From NCBI GenBank assembly GCA_963924565.1, contig OZ004615.1, positions 17,856,001-17,920,000 on the forward strand: a stretch of 64,000 nt of DNA, given 5' to 3'. Of this stretch, positions 1-13,578 are shown piece by piece. Position 1 is the first letter of the stretch. Each line of letters starts with the position of its first letter. This stretch comes from Ascidiella aspersa. Taxonomy: Eukaryota. The translations under genes were made by a program, and so were the position numbers. The notes under the pieces were generated by a model. It saw nothing but the letters and a program-made list of their open reading frames with translations, did not search any database and was not told the origin of the DNA.

Positions 1-113
1 ATTACAAGAAATATGGGTCAACTGACCCTTGAAATTTTATAGGGCCGCGAAATATCAAAATAATTGCAACGGGTCCGCCAGGCAAAATTTTTAGAAAAGT
101 TTGGGAACCGCTG
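1..113. mobile_element. Right end of a non-autonomous hAT-type MITE (truncated by window start)
   Basis: Ends AGTTTGGGAACCGCTG (reverse complement CAGCGGTTCCCAAACT, a hAT/Charlie-like TIR), followed by GTATAGAG (central TA, typical 8-bp hAT target). The subterminal part resembles the right end of the MITE at 43630-44116. Confidence 0.6.
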
Positions 114-2380
114 GTATAGAGTCTCTATCTATTTACAATATTCATACTGCCGACAGCTTAGCATTTCGCATCGTATCTTACTTTAGGTGAATCAAAATAC
201 ATGAATTCAGCAATGGCTCATAAGCAAATACGTTTTACTGTTGCTCATCCGCTTGATTTCGATTTAAAATCCCATAATAATCAACGCAAGCTTTCAGTTA
301 AGTATAGCAAAGCTGTTAAACTATTTCAGAGTCCAATTTTGCAAGCAACATATGCTAAATATTTGAGATTTTTTTTAAGGTTTTGTGAGAGTTGCGTGAA
401 AAGCTACTTTTAAAACAGCTTTGCATTTCCGCTTTACGTATTGAAAATAACCAGGTTATGATGCAAGAGATACCAGGCGGATATATCTAACCGCGTGGGA
501 TAAAAATGCATCCTCCTTACAAAATTCCATTAATAGTATAGGCACAGTATAGCAAGTCTGCGAAACGCCAGTTCTAGCCTGTGAACAGCAAACTATGTCC
601 TTTATAGCTTTACAATCTTAGGGTGCTTTCACGTTCTCGTTAAATTTTTATTGGTGTATTTTGACTAGCGCCACCTCTTCGTTTGGAATTCAAATCTGCA
701 TTTTTAGGTTTCGACATAGCTATTACCATAGTCACGGGATATTCTTAATGGCGTCCACCTTGGACAGTTAGTTACGGTGAAATGTAATATAAAAGTCATT
801 TCATTTAAGATAATCGACTTAATTGAAGAAGTGAAATCAGCACAATGCTAACTGTTCCTTCAGTGAAGTTTGGTATCAAAAAACGATTTTACTAATTTTT
901 CTTTAAAATAAAATGTTTTTGAACACGGTAAGATGAAAGGAACCTATTCCAAAAACTTGTGATGGGCGAAATTGACGGTAAACGTTATTATTTCTAGTTG
1001 GTCATACGCTTTGCGTGTAGCAAAAAAAGCGCTACTGTAACTGCTAGAGCATCGAAAGTAATCGGCTTCTTTTAGTCACTTCCGTGTTTGGAATATCTAA
1101 CGAAATCAGCTTTTTTTAACTGCTAGAGCATCGAATGCCCCGTCGTGCCCGAATTGCCAAGTATGCCACGTTGAGAGCCTTCAGTGAGTCAAATCACGAA
1201 CGGTGGGCGTTTTATAGAAACAATCGCTGAAAAGTACTTCCTAGACGTCGATGGAGGCAAATCGGCTGAGGGCAGCATTAGGAACGTGTTCTTGCTTAGT
1301 TAGAACGAAGTTAACAGGAAAGATTGAGCGAAAATATGTTTCTATACGTTTACGCGTTGAATTAGTTTCGTGCACTGATGCTATATCGTACGTGCTTTTC
1401 CACTGAGGTTGTTATTAGTTCTGAAACATTCTACTGGGAAGTAGAATTGACTGTAAATATTTTAACAAAAAAAAAATATATATATATTTTAAATGCCTTT
1501 TTTGACATAACTCTTTTGGGCCAAATTACTTAACTTGGTTTAATTCTTTGATTTGACTTGGACTTTCGGGTGTTTTTAATAAAAATTTTAGTAATTTATT
1601 TCTGTCTTTGAAACTTTGCGTAAAAGAAGTTATGTTTTATTGCTTTCAAGTAAAAATATCGCTCTTGATTAGGCGTGTTTACCAATTTTAATAACGAAAC
1701 ATTTATTTTGATAAAAAATGACTAGACTTTCTATGACCGTGACATGGATTAGGAATTTGTGCAAATGAATTGACTTGGACTTATTTAATTTTGCAATTGC
1801 CTTAATTTAATAATTAAAAAAATGTTTTTAACACTGCCTGTTGCCGCTTTGGCTAGCATTAAAGCAATCATAGCCGAAGTTACGGTGTATCAAGCATTTA
1901 TCAAAAACCTTTACGTTGCCGTAAACTGTTAAAACGTATATTGTCCGCTCAGGTAAGCGTTTGTTCAGCACTTGGTATAATAACTGTTTAGAGATTTCCA
2001 TTCACCATAGGCTTTAAAGGGAGCGTATTCGAACGTGTTAAACAGCCAGTTATCTACGATCGTGCTGAAGCAGCCTTCAATCCGGCGCAGGCGCGGACGT
2101 GGGTGGAGAACCCAGTTGCGCATCAGGAACTGGCAATATTGTCAAAGAGACAGGCAGGATGTGACGCGGCGACGCTCTTTTACGAAACTCGCGTCGAAGA
2201 AGAATAGGACATGTCTTTCGGGGCGCGAATCGAGCCCTAGCGCGCCGAACAAACGAACTAAGGGCGACGACCATACGCGCACCGCACACGATTGCTGTTT
2301 ATGAGCTGACAGGCAGGAAGAATTAACGCCCTGGGCGCCGGCAATTACTCGCAGCCAGCGACGCCGGGCAGCGCCTCTTG

Positions 2381-2470
2381 TAGTTTTTGCCGCGGTTTCT
2401 TGTTAGTTTTTGTAGCGTTTCTAATTAGTGTTTGCCGCGATTTCTTCTTAGTTTTTGCCGTTTTTTAGCG
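2381..2470. repeat. Degenerate ~23-bp tandem repeat (TAGTTTTTGCCGCGGTTTCTTGT-like, ~4 copies) next to a GC-rich patch (~2080-2380)
   Basis: Direct inspection of repeated units. Confidence 0.55.
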
Positions 2471-4254
2471 TTAGCCTGTTGCAGGGCGCTCCACACGTGG
2501 ATGTTTTGGTTTCGAAACAGCCGCTTTACAGTTTTACCAAACGTAAAAAAAGTTTAGGTGGGTGTTGAGATTTTATTGTTTAATTTGCCGAAGTTAACAA
2601 AAATTGTTACGACATAATGTAACGTGTTAAGGCAGGGTAAAGCGTTAAATAAAGCTTGTGCTTTTTCGTTTCCAACTATGTTTCGTAAGCTGTTAAAGGT
2701 TTTGTGCTTGTTTTAAAGTGTGAACTTATTGATTATGACCAGATTAATTGACTGTTCTACATTTTTATTTTGTAAAGAGGAAGAATATGCCAAGTGCCTT
2801 GTTAAGTTTTATGAAAACACTTAAACGTTGCTGATATTTCGCTGGTCACTTTCTTGATTTAATAAAACGCAGGAAACTTTTTCGATATTTTATTAACCAG
2901 GATTAAGTTAGAAGACAATATCGTTATGGTATGTTTGTAATGTTAGGGGACGTAAACCTATGAAAACTTTAGGTTACAAAAGAACTAAGCCTTGGTTTAA
3001 ACATTCACTATAAATCGAAAAAGGTGCGCTTTTATGAGCCGTCCTGAATCGCTACAATCTTTATTATGGCAACGCCGTTTGTTAGGAATACCATAGAGCA
3101 CACAGACGCGCCCATAAATTCGGAAAGCCTTTCGTCAAAAAATATGTAGTAACTGGGCACACGGAAAACGTAGACTGCAGTGTGAGTAGTTTTTAAGATC
3201 GAACTTCGTTCATTATGAGAAAATCCTTTAATGTGCAGTGGGCGGAACAGAGTAAAACTCGCAGCAATTGTCCGAAGGCTGGATTAGAACGTATTTCACT
3301 GTGAGTAACACTTTTTGACGACGCGTTTAAAATGTTGCTTGAGCAATGTTACTTCAAGCGTACTTTTTTGTGTTATGTAAAATACAAAAGAGGTACAAAG
3401 CAGTTTTTTGAATTATTGCTTTATTTGGTGCTGTTTACTATCAATTCGTTATAAGGCACCGCTTTGAGGCGAAAGGATGGATCGTTTCATTATACGTAGT
3501 AGTCAGTGCAGACCACTACAATGTACCGTATTGCGTTCTATGACTGTATCTGGCCTGATTTTCGCAGATCAATCAAATTGTCTACGTTAAGCATTACGTT
3601 CGTCATGTACGGAACTACGCGTTTCCCAAAAAGTGAGACCCAAAACATGTTTGATTAAATTCTGTTGCCACAAGCAAACAGAATCTTAGCAAAGCACACA
3701 GATGTGGGCATGGTAGTTTTGAATTTAAACTTATTGTATTTCAACGTAAACCATAATAATATTTAAACACTAACAATCCATATGTTTCTAAGTGTGCTCT
3801 GTTTGTAGTAAGGTATATGGCTTCGTTTTTAGAACCAAGCAGCCAATATGGATGTCTAACATGTTTAAGAAAAGGTTTCACGACCAAAGCTATTATAAGA
3901 AATATAGAGGACAGGTTTTACCAGCTCTTCAGTTACGTTGATGTATTTGTTCGTCTTTATTCATTTCTATACCCGTAAATTTCCGACTTTTCAGGGGTTG
4001 GATTTTATTGCGTGGTACCGGTAGTTAGACCAAAGACATGTAACCAATACACACTAAAACGTTATTTAAAGCAAGGTGCATTTTAGGAAACATGGAAAAT
4101 TTTGTAAACTATTTTTGTTATTAAATCTAAGCTATACTTTTAATCGTTAGAAATAATCATTATGCGCGTTTTCCGCAGCTCTAGTCTAAACGACAATAGA
4201 CTTTTAATCAAACCTATACTTCAAATCTTTTGATTTTTACCTTAATCCTTCAAC

Positions 4255-7200
4255 ATGGGAGACTGGAACTCCGGACTTTTTGGATGTTTCGACAACTGTG
4301 GTCTATGCGTAATGACCTGGTTTTGTCCTTGTGTTACTGCCGGTAAGTGCCACGAAAGTATAGGTTTGTATTGTAAATGCATGTTGGCCAATCAGGATAC
4401 ACAACACCTTTATCAAACATCCACAAATAAAACGATTTAGAGAATAAGTAACGAGCTACTTGTTTTTCTAAAAAAACACTGTTGAAATAATTTAAACGGC
4501 ATAATTGAGATCAGATTTAAAATAAGAGGTATAGTCACCAAGAAGTCTTTTAACCCGATATAGAGTCGTGTGGCAAATAATTTCGAATATAAAAATAAAT
4601 AAGAGTAAAACTTAGAGAAGGAATTATAATATACAGCATTTTTAGGCAATCAAATAGTTTTCGTTTTAGTGAGTGTATTGGATTGCCTCAGCACGAATTG
4701 TAAAAACCTTCACATGCTAGATGGTGTGTTAATTAGAAAAATCTGCACAAAAAAACTACTTTCAGGTAAAAACGCCGAGCAGGCCGACCAAGGCAGCTGT
4801 TTAGCGTGCGGCTTCGCATCTATGCTGAGTTGCATTGGAATCTACTTCATGGCGAGGACGAGAGAAGCTGTAAGGGAAAAGAAGGGAATTGAGGTGAGGC
4901 CCTTGTCGGAAAGTAATTTGTCTATTTTAACCCGCTGAATAAAGTACAGGTGTACCCAAATCCTTAGTATGACGAAATGAAGCCAATTACAAAGTTTCCG
5001 GTGATCTATATATCTTTTCCTTAATTTTATTCTTGCGAATTGTGCGCGCTCTGTGCCTTTTAAACAGTTCCCTTACGAAAAACTTATTTACAATTAGTAA
5101 TATTGTACGCCTTTCGATAATGTATAGGTTCCTTGTTCTTTTTTTCATAACGAAAAGGGCTAAATGACTAAATTCGTTTTTTCCAACAATGAGGTGATTA
5201 CAACCAATGGAATTTTTCAAATATTTGTGATAGCAGAGTGTAGAAACGCGCGGTACAGTGAAACCGTTCAAGCACGTTATGTTACGCACGCGATTACTCA
5301 TCGTCCGACGTAATTGCTTCCCAAGGCACGTTTTAATACGCGGAATTTTCCCAACTTTAAACATGCGTAGGAACTGAAACAGGCCGCGGTCGACCATTGG
5401 GGAATGTTCTACAATTTATCGCATCAATCAAATATAGAGGCGTTAAATATAGTTTTTGTTTGCGTTTTAAAGTTTGTATTGGTAATTCTGATTGTGCTTT
5501 TTAAAACGGGCCATTGTATCCAGCAGTTTACCATACAACAGCAAGACGGTAGATTGCTAACGATATATTGTCGATTTCGTTTGGACAAACTTGTCATTCC
5601 AGTTGGGGTGTCTGGGCAGAACGTTGGTCCATCAGCATATAGTCTTTCGTCATCTCAGAGTGTCAGGCCATTTTTCTATTCGGTGGCCGATAATTCGGGC
5701 ACTGTGAGACTATATATGGATGCCGTCTGTTCTCATATGGATGCACTGTTTCTCCATGCCACACTAGCCACAGAAATAACCAGACCCCATCTATACATGA
5801 ATGAACAAACGCGCCCAATTCCTGTTCTCAGCCTGGTGAGGAAATTAGTCTTGGCTGGTCGAGGCAGGCCGAATCTAACAGCTGAAATGGCGAACCAATA
5901 GTGGTGGATTGGGGTAATCATGTCCCCAAACTCCTAGTTCCATTTGGTAGCCAACCAATAGGCTGCATCAGTTCTATCACTGGCCTGCGATAATAAAAAT
6001 GCAACCCGTACAACAGGGCATGTCGATAACTGCATTAGGGCGTGGTTAACCGCTCCTGTCATTTCATGATAAGGGGGGTGTTTATATCAGGGCGCGATGA
6101 TACAGATACAATCTAGTTCTCTTGCGGCAAATCTCATCGACCAGGACAGGAAGTTCTTTGACTTGCACGTGGTGTATATAGTTATAGCCAGTCACAATGC
6201 GCATAAGTCGGGTGCAGTAAGCGGCCTGGACGTTGAGGGGGGTTAGGGAGGATATGCAGAGGATGTCCGCGCTCGCCCCTGGCTCCTACCCCCCATCCCG
6301 CCCATGCCCTTCGAAGAAATGCAACGCATGGCGTTAGTAGATTAAAATGTTGGCAAAACGAGACTGATGTTGCGTTGCGCTGCGCAAGAACAACACACTT
6401 TCAACCGTTGGTGTAAGAGCTTTTAATACTCAATGACATAATTAAATAATGTAAACGGTGATACAGTTATATTAACGCGAAGTGTTTGGTTAAAATCGAT
6501 TTTTTAAATGCTATGGTAAAAACATTGCTATAAGACTTTAACAGGTGAAGTGTTCGGCGGCTTCCACTGGCACTTCCATTTCTTTACGTGTTACGTGTTG
6601 TTAATGATGGTTTCGTCATTTTTTTTATCGTAAAACTGACAATTAAATTATAACCATTTTTATTTTTTCGCAGGGTTCATTTGGTTCGGATTGTCTTATA
6701 AGTTGGTTCTGTCCTCTTTGTTCGATCATTCAAGTGGCCAGGGTAAGTTGAGGCAATTCATATAGGCTTTGAACAAAATATCAGCATACTATACTTACCG
6801 AGGCAAGTTACTATAGGAGGCTATAATATTTGTATTAAACGCCTACAAAACTACATCTTCTATTTAAGGACGAGCAATCCTGTTTGCGGTTAAACTATAC
6901 AGAATGTTGAAAGCATCGACAACAATAATAACGGATTACAAACACCTACATGTTTCCTTTATTCAAGCTATATGCGTATGAAGAGTTTGGAGTGCAGTAT
7001 ATTCATTGGTTTCTGTTTAGCACAATTTAACGTAGACCTGTAGGGTTTTTAGTATAAACTAGTGGTTTTTACTTGTGGATGGGGCGCCAACCAATTCTTT
7101 AGGGGGCAAACTGTGTTCCAACGTTCAACTTTATCTTGCGCCACAGCGACAGCGTTTAAAAAGCTACAAAAGTATACCTAAGACAACGTAAATACATGGG

Positions 7201-9458
7201 CAAATGTTTAATGCAGTCGAGTACAAAAATAATGTGCATGGGTATATGCGACGAATGCGAAAAATCGTGACGTATTATATTTCTTTTTATTCAATTTTAG
7301 ACTTTTTAAGTCCTAAAACAATCCGCTGAAGGTCCTGCATGGGACTTGCCTCGGTTACCACCCCACGATCAGAGAATGTTAAAGGCTTCTGAATAGCATT
7401 AAGAAAATGAAACTTACTTGAGAATTGTATTTTGGTACTCTAATGTTCTATTAGTCTTTTGTAACACCAACCAAGATACATTTGTGCAACAATAGCTAAG
7501 ATTAAAAAAATCATAGTGCGAACCAGGGCGGTTCATTAGAACAAAAAGCCTAATGATTTTACAGGGAAGTTGCATGGGTTTCGAGAGTATGGAAAATATC
7601 TCCGGGGTTTTGTTTTCTTTGAAACCATTGTTGTATTGTTTTCACAAATTCTAAATATAAAGAACGAAAGTTTACCAGAATTAATGCATACAGTCAAAGG
7701 CCTTCCTTAACTGTGTGTTTTTATTGTTAGTAGTACTAATTTTTAGATGGTGCCTTTAAAAAAAACGCAAGTAAAAAACGATTTTTACATCGGGGTACAC
7801 CTGGCATGGGCTCGCAGCACACCAGTTGCGGAGCACTGGTGCACATTATATAAAAGCCAGTATTGTTAAGACTTCAATGTCTTGACTTAAGTGCTCTTTA
7901 GTCACTGTATTTAAAAGACTTGACTTGGACTTAAGTCAATGATTGAAATTTAATGTTTTTATTTAGCATTTTAGTATAAAATTGAGCTATTTATCTTAAG
8001 TTTTAGATTGTTGAATGAATAATGAATATATGCTGTTGCTGCCTGCCGGGCATTGTTTCAATTGTACAATTGTTCCTCCGGTCCTTTCCGGCTTTGGCGG
8101 AAGAACAGTTGTACAATTGAAGATTGTTGAATGTTGTTAGTTTGTTATTTGACTTGAACTTAAGTCATTTAAAAATGACTTGTTTGCAACACTTATAATT
8201 GCCATTTTTCTAACAACGACGAAAAAAATTTGCAACGTTAAGTCGGATGTTTTTTATTTAATATTGTAAGTATTTAAGCAATTTTGGCCAAAAGCAACCC
8301 AGTACCCTTAGAACAAATGTGTTACACTAAAAACAGCAATTATATATGGTTAATCAGTACGTTAGCACATACTTAGTCCAACCCCACGACATAAAATATT
8401 GCAGTTCCTGCAAACCACACATAAAAGTAAACCACGAAAGTTAGGCTTTGAATGCAAAATTAGTAAACAATTTATATTTTTAGATTGTCGAATTAATTTA
8501 TTAAAGCAACAAAAGCATGTTTGGCTTTACATGTATACATAATACACAACAGGATGCACCTACTTGTGAGCTGTATCCTATAAAACGAAATGTATGCAAA
8601 GCGGTAATGCTGATATGTTCTTATTAATATACCATTAAGGAAGTCTATTAGGCTACTCGTACCACTAATCTAACGAAAATTTCGGTACCATTATTTTTCA
8701 CAAAGATATAACTATTGAGTTTTTTTCTTTTTAAATATTATTTATTAATTAAATTGGCAGTGCCGTTATAGTTTGTAGCCAACCAGTTTAAATGTGTCGT
8801 ACCTCAGTATGATTATATTTATATTGAGTTAGAATTGGGGCTTTATTAAAAGTCAACTGGATAACTTTTTGATAACTAAACACTATTTATTTAGCTAAAT
8901 ATTTTTAGACAGGTCTATTATTTTTCAAGATAGAATTCTCTAGACAATATTCTGTAAGAGTTTAGTTTCATTTTTAACTTGTTTTCTTCCTCAGTAACAC
9001 TTCCAGTTGTTTTTTATTAAAAAAATCTTATGCAAACAGACACAGTTTTTCATTGACTAACCTAAACAATTTTGTTGTAACATACTAAATTATTAAACTT
9101 TATTATAATGTGATTCTCAAGGTGTGGTTCACATACTACAAACAGAGTAAGACAGAAATGTGTAGGCCACATTATAAAGTTGAGTCACATGCCCGATTGG
9201 TACTAAATTTATGAACGTAATTATAGCTTTATGGCAAGGGTAGATAGTTACCTGAGTTTGTTGATGTTTTTTTTTACTGTTAAAGTTTTTTTAGAAAAAC
9301 ACATATGCTATGTAGGCCTATATTAGTTTTGCCTTATTCTAAAAAGAATTGCCAAATGATAACGAATTTTTTAAGGAAATTGTGTTCCTAATACACCTTT
9401 ATCTTTGCAGGAACTAGAAGGCTCCGGATCAAGTGGCCAGTCCATATCCAGAGTTTAA
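4255..9458 (+). CDS. PLAC8: PLAC8/cornifelin-family Cys-rich protein, paralog A (110 aa, 4 coding exons)
   Basis: Exons 4255-4342, 4766-4893, 6674-6742, 9411-9458, all with GT..AG introns, phases 1/0/0. Protein: MGDWNSGLFGCFDNCGLCVMTWFCPCVTAGKNAEQADQGSCLACGFASMLSCIGIYFMARTREAVREKKGIEGSFGSDCLISWFCPLCSIIQVARELEGSGSSGQSISRV*. Shows the PLAC8 hallmarks WxxGLFGCFD, CxxxxFCPC, RxxxRxxxGIxG, DCxxxxxCPxC and QxxREL. Symbol is family-level only; orthology not established. Candidate upstream acceptor TTTTCCGCAG ends at 4178. Confidence 0.93.
5590..6205 (-). mobile_element. Decayed 3' fragment of a non-LTR retrotransposon (LINE) ORF2 in intron 2 of PLAC8-A
   Basis: Minus-strand translation, across frameshifts and stops, gives MRIVTG..ELPVL, AAYWLATKWN, GLPRPAKTNFLTRLRTGIGRVCSFMYRWGL and IVSQCPNYRPPN. 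These resemble the LINE ORF2 C-terminal LNRLRTG..KWG..CxCG..H....CP..RPP motif as I recall it. Clade and boundaries approximate. Confidence 0.7.
8018..8120. mobile_element. 103-bp insertion with a long hairpin, flanked by a 13-bp direct repeat
   Basis: AGATTGTTGAATG at 8005-8017 and 8121-8133. Internal inverted repeat TCAATTGTACAATTGTTCCTCCG ... CGGAAGAACAGTTGTACAATTGA. Confidence 0.55.
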
Positions 9459-10323
9459 AAGAAATATGAATTTTTTGTTGTGCTATACCTATTACTGCTA
9501 AAGTATAATATTGTACATGGGATTGTATATGCAAAACAACAGCCGTTTCTCGTTTATAGTAATTTTAACGTACTGTATAGAGCTATGTCACGCACCAGAA
9601 CGCCTTTTTTTCGATGTAATGTTTAATATTTGTAAATCTTACAAAGAAAACGTAAGTAACGCTGTACGAAATGAAATTTCTCTTCGTCGCATATAGTATG
9701 AACCAAGATTTTTTGTGAAAAGCAGTGCACGTGACAAAAGTTGAGCGATTACATGTTACGCTTATTGAAAACCTATTAAAACACAGTGTATGCTAACGGA
9801 AATGTTGTGTATGTGCGTGCGAAGAAAACAACTGTTCGTTTATGTCTTTAAGCTCATTTTTAAACTATCGAAAGAAGAACAAGAAGAAAAAAATTTTGGA
9901 TTCAGAAGTAATTCAGGTTTTTAACGACTTCAACGCACGTTGGTGAATTTATTAAGTTTAGAATGTTACATTTAGCAAGTTAATGTTAATAGTTTTTTAA
10001 ATTTTGCTTACAGAGATGGGTGTTCTTTTAAGAAAGAAATGAGGATCAAACTAATTTGTGTGGTTAAATCTGTGAAAAAATTGGAGGCAAAATTTATATA
10101 GGTTTTAATTTTTTGTTCGTACGTTATATTGCAGAATACATTTGCCCTACCGTATATTTTATTCACCAAACTGTGGGTATACTGCTGGATGTTGCTTTGT
10201 CAATTTGTTGACCCCCATATTAGTTAGGCATTTTGGGTTAAATCACACAAGACGAGCAAACCCCAAAACTGTACGAAGTAATAAAGAATATTGACATAGC
10301 AAGTAAGTATACAAACTTGCTAG

Positions 10324-10780
10324 CAAGGCTGTGGAGTCGGAATCGGAGTCGGCATGGGGACGGAGTCGGTTTGTTCTGCTGAAGTCGGACTAGGGACTGA
10401 GGACTGGAGTAAGACCACATAGAACCACCCGAGTCCCGAGTTCAACGTCCGCATGGGCTGATATGACGCCAACTGTGGATTGTAAATCTGGAATAGCATA
10501 TAGTTGCTATTTCCAAATATATATTGTGAGTGGATGAACGATATGACAGCCCCATAAGTGGATTGTTGAACATGCATCCTAATTTTGTTACATAAATACG
10601 TCAAATACAGACTGGATCTCAAATACAGGAGCTTAGCTGCGGACTTGACATAACCTCCCTTTAGCCGGGCCAGACCCGGGATTCGACAGTTCGACTCGGG
10701 TTTATATTTTTGGCCGGAGTTGGACTCGGGTTATTTTTAATCAGCTTCTCGGGTTATTTTTAATCAGCTTCGCAGCCCTG
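10324..10780. mobile_element. Non-autonomous hAT-like MITE (457 bp, GAGTCG-rich)
   Basis: Perfect 8-bp TSD CTTGCTAG (10316-10323 and 10781-10788). Imperfect TIRs CAAGGCTGTGGAG / CTTCGCAGCCCTG (10/13). Confidence 0.75.
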
Positions 10781-11822
10781 CTTGCTAGATGCGATTTTGT
10801 ATCAAGCTCAGGATGATAGAAAATCCTGGTATGAACCCTTTAAATACAGTAGTTGTAATTGAGCGGCAAAAGATTCTTGCGTGTTTAATGTCGCTTTAGT
10901 GAGACGAAGAATTGACGTATTCAAGTTAACTAAACGTCGTTCAGCCAACGCTATGCCAACACCAAATGGTCGTCAAACTTGCTACTTAGGAAGAATACAT
11001 CATGATACCAAACAGGCAAATATATTCGTACAGTAAATATGTAATATTGTAACCTCATTTTAACAAAACTCTAAAATACCCGTAAAACAAATATATTTTA
11101 AATCCACCCATATTTAAAAAGTTTAAGTTCAATGCTATGATAAGACATACTCCACTGTAATAACTTTGGAATATATGATTCTTTGTCAAAAAAACTATAG
11201 GTAATACTGATGCTTTTTGTTTATCAGCCATTGTTATTTTTAGCCAACATTGTTTTCGTACACGTAAAATTTTTTACGGAATCTAAGTATGTCTTGGCTG
11301 TGTATGTTTGTTCCGAAAATATTACTCGGAATCAATTGAGTCTATTTCATTATTTTACCAAAGCTTTAATCTCGACAAAATGACCTAAAATTAACTTGTC
11401 GCGACTTTAACATAGTAAATGACTAGGGTAAGTAAGACTTTCGTATATATTAAATCGAGTCGGCGTAGATTTAAAGCGTTTGGACCAATGACGTTACTTA
11501 GACCTGCATTACTGGGTTGGTCGTATGGCTAGACCTTTTTGCAAAAGGCCAAGGTGTATTTTACTTCAAGTTTTTTTGGTTTCAAAAGGATTCTGCATAG
11601 AAATCTAAAACCGATTTTGTTTATTAAGATTAACATTTGTCGTTGCGTATAGCCTACACGCTTGATTGGTGTAAAATTCAGGATCAAAATTTACGTTCAT
11701 TTTAGTCTAGCAATTTTTTTCTTATAAAATTATTATCTTGGTCCTTAATTTTTTTTTGACTAGTATGCCTCTTAATACCCAACTAATTTTTTTTCGTGCC
11801 GAGTCCGACTCTGACTCTAGAG

Positions 11823-12098
11823 CAGTGGTTCTCAACCTTTTTCTTTCGTGACCCAGTTTCGTTGCACATAAATTTTGTGGCCCAATAATTTTTTATGAAA
11901 GAAGAAACTATAAAAAAGGTTTAGAACGAAAAATAGCGTAGCATATAACAAAACAGATTATTATTTATTCAACCGTGCATTAGTGAAATGAAACTAAATT
12001 CTTCAATAAATCTAGCTTTTTTAAATTTGTCTGTGGCCCACCTAAAAAAGCTTCCATGGCCCACCAGTGAGCCATGGCCCACTGGTTGAGAACCGCTG
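11823..12098. mobile_element. hAT (Charlie/MER-like) MITE, 276 bp
   Basis: Perfect TSD CTCTAGAG (11815-11822, 12099-12106). TIRs CAGTGGTTCTCAACC / GGTTGAGAACCGCTG (14/15). Confidence 0.88.
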
Positions 12099-13578
12099 CT
12101 CTAGAGCCTGTATTCCGCCAATTTACGTAACTAAATACGGTGGATATGCAGCACTCAGTCACAAGGATGTCATATAATTCATCCACTCACAATAAATGGT
12201 TCGAAAATAACAACTATATGCTATTTCGCTATTACAAACTGCAATTGACGGCAATATCAGTTTTTTGTACTTTGCATGCGGACGTCAGACTCAGGACTCT
12301 GGGAGTTTTACGTGGTCTGACTCGAGACCGACTCCTTCGAATCCGACTCCGCAGCCATGGCCATCATCGAACAGCCTTAAAATCTAATAATATGATCACA
12401 AAATGATCGAGAGACCAATGGAACAGACTGTTCCAAAGATCCTTTAATCGCCATTTTTAATAAAAACACTCATGGCTAACCAGTACTCTAACCCAAACTA
12501 ATCAAACTAGCTTTTAACATCTACCTAGATATCCTCTCTCTCCACAAAAAAGTATTCACTGCCTTACGATTGCCTAAAGACTATCAAAACACCTTACGAA
12601 TATCAGGCTAAAAAACATTTTTCACCTAGAAAAGTGAAAATTTGAAATAAATCAACTTCCAAAAGCACGCAGTAGAACTTTTTGGAAAAAGTTCTGTACA
12701 CGAAATCTCATTCCCACAACCAAAATTTTATTTAGTTCCGCCAACAGGGGGCGCAATGTGCCAGCGTTCCATTGGTCCCCATGTTCCATGGGTCCCACAC
12801 TTCCCCTACCACATTTGGGTCATTTAAATTTGTAATTAATGCCTGCGGTCAGAATTCGTTACAAAATGTTCACCCAGGTAAACTATAATTCAACATTAAT
12901 ATATGGGCTACGCATTTGTTATTTTCGTAGTGCTCGTTTTGAATGACTGGCCTGCTTGATGTGCTGTTTTTGTTCGATAAATCAAATCCCAAGTAGGCTA
13001 TGGGTTTCTTACATCTAAGACTCAACATAAAAATTCCTGCCTTATTACAATAAGCAGGTAATGAAGGGATAAATCCCGGTTTATTTGCAAAATGCAACAT
13101 AATTCATGGATATCGTATATTCGCATCATATATATAAGTTTGTACATTCATATAAACTTAAAAGACAGATAAGTCTTCTTGCCACAAACAGCAACGTAAA
13201 CATATGCTTAAAGTTAAAGCTTGGGCAAGTTAATTTCACGAGGGCAATGTGTGACCGAGTCCAGAACTTATCAGTGCACCTGTTATTTTAGCGCGAATGC
13301 CATAATAAACTTTTTTTCACTATTTTGCCTTTCATTAGCTCGCGATCACGTGAAAACTTCAAATTTAGATGGGGTAAATTACAGTCACGAGGAATATTTC
13401 GACAGATAGTTTTAAACAAAAGGATGCTGTAACTTGAGAAGAGGTTTTCGATTTTCAGGGACTTTTCCAAAACCGGGTATTCCCGTACGCCATAATACGT
13501 ATACCGGTACTCAGGCGATACACGCTTTATTGTTTGTTTTTTTAACGATGACGAGAGTTAAGTTTGGGAACCAGGTAG

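Noticed and set aside
1038-1135. 19-bp direct repeat TAACTGCTAGAGCATCGAA
   Set aside because: An isolated local duplication with no element-like features between the copies.
1893-3310. Candidate non-coding 5' exons or promoter of PLAC8-A (donor-like CAGGTAAG ~1950, GTGAGT ~3182 and ~3301, GC-rich patch 2080-2380)
   Set aside because: Splice-like motifs alone cannot define exons; transcript data are needed. The acceptor at 4178 could be cis- or trans-spliced.
5404-5901. 165-aa + strand ORF as a nested gene
   Set aside because: No recognisable protein; it lies antisense to a decayed LINE fragment.
12409-12808. Possible Tc1/pogo-like MITE (GACCAATGGAAC / GTTCCATTGGTC inverted motifs) and a Harbinger-like end near 14450-14542
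   Set aside because: Termini are incomplete and no TSD is identifiable, so boundaries cannot be supported.
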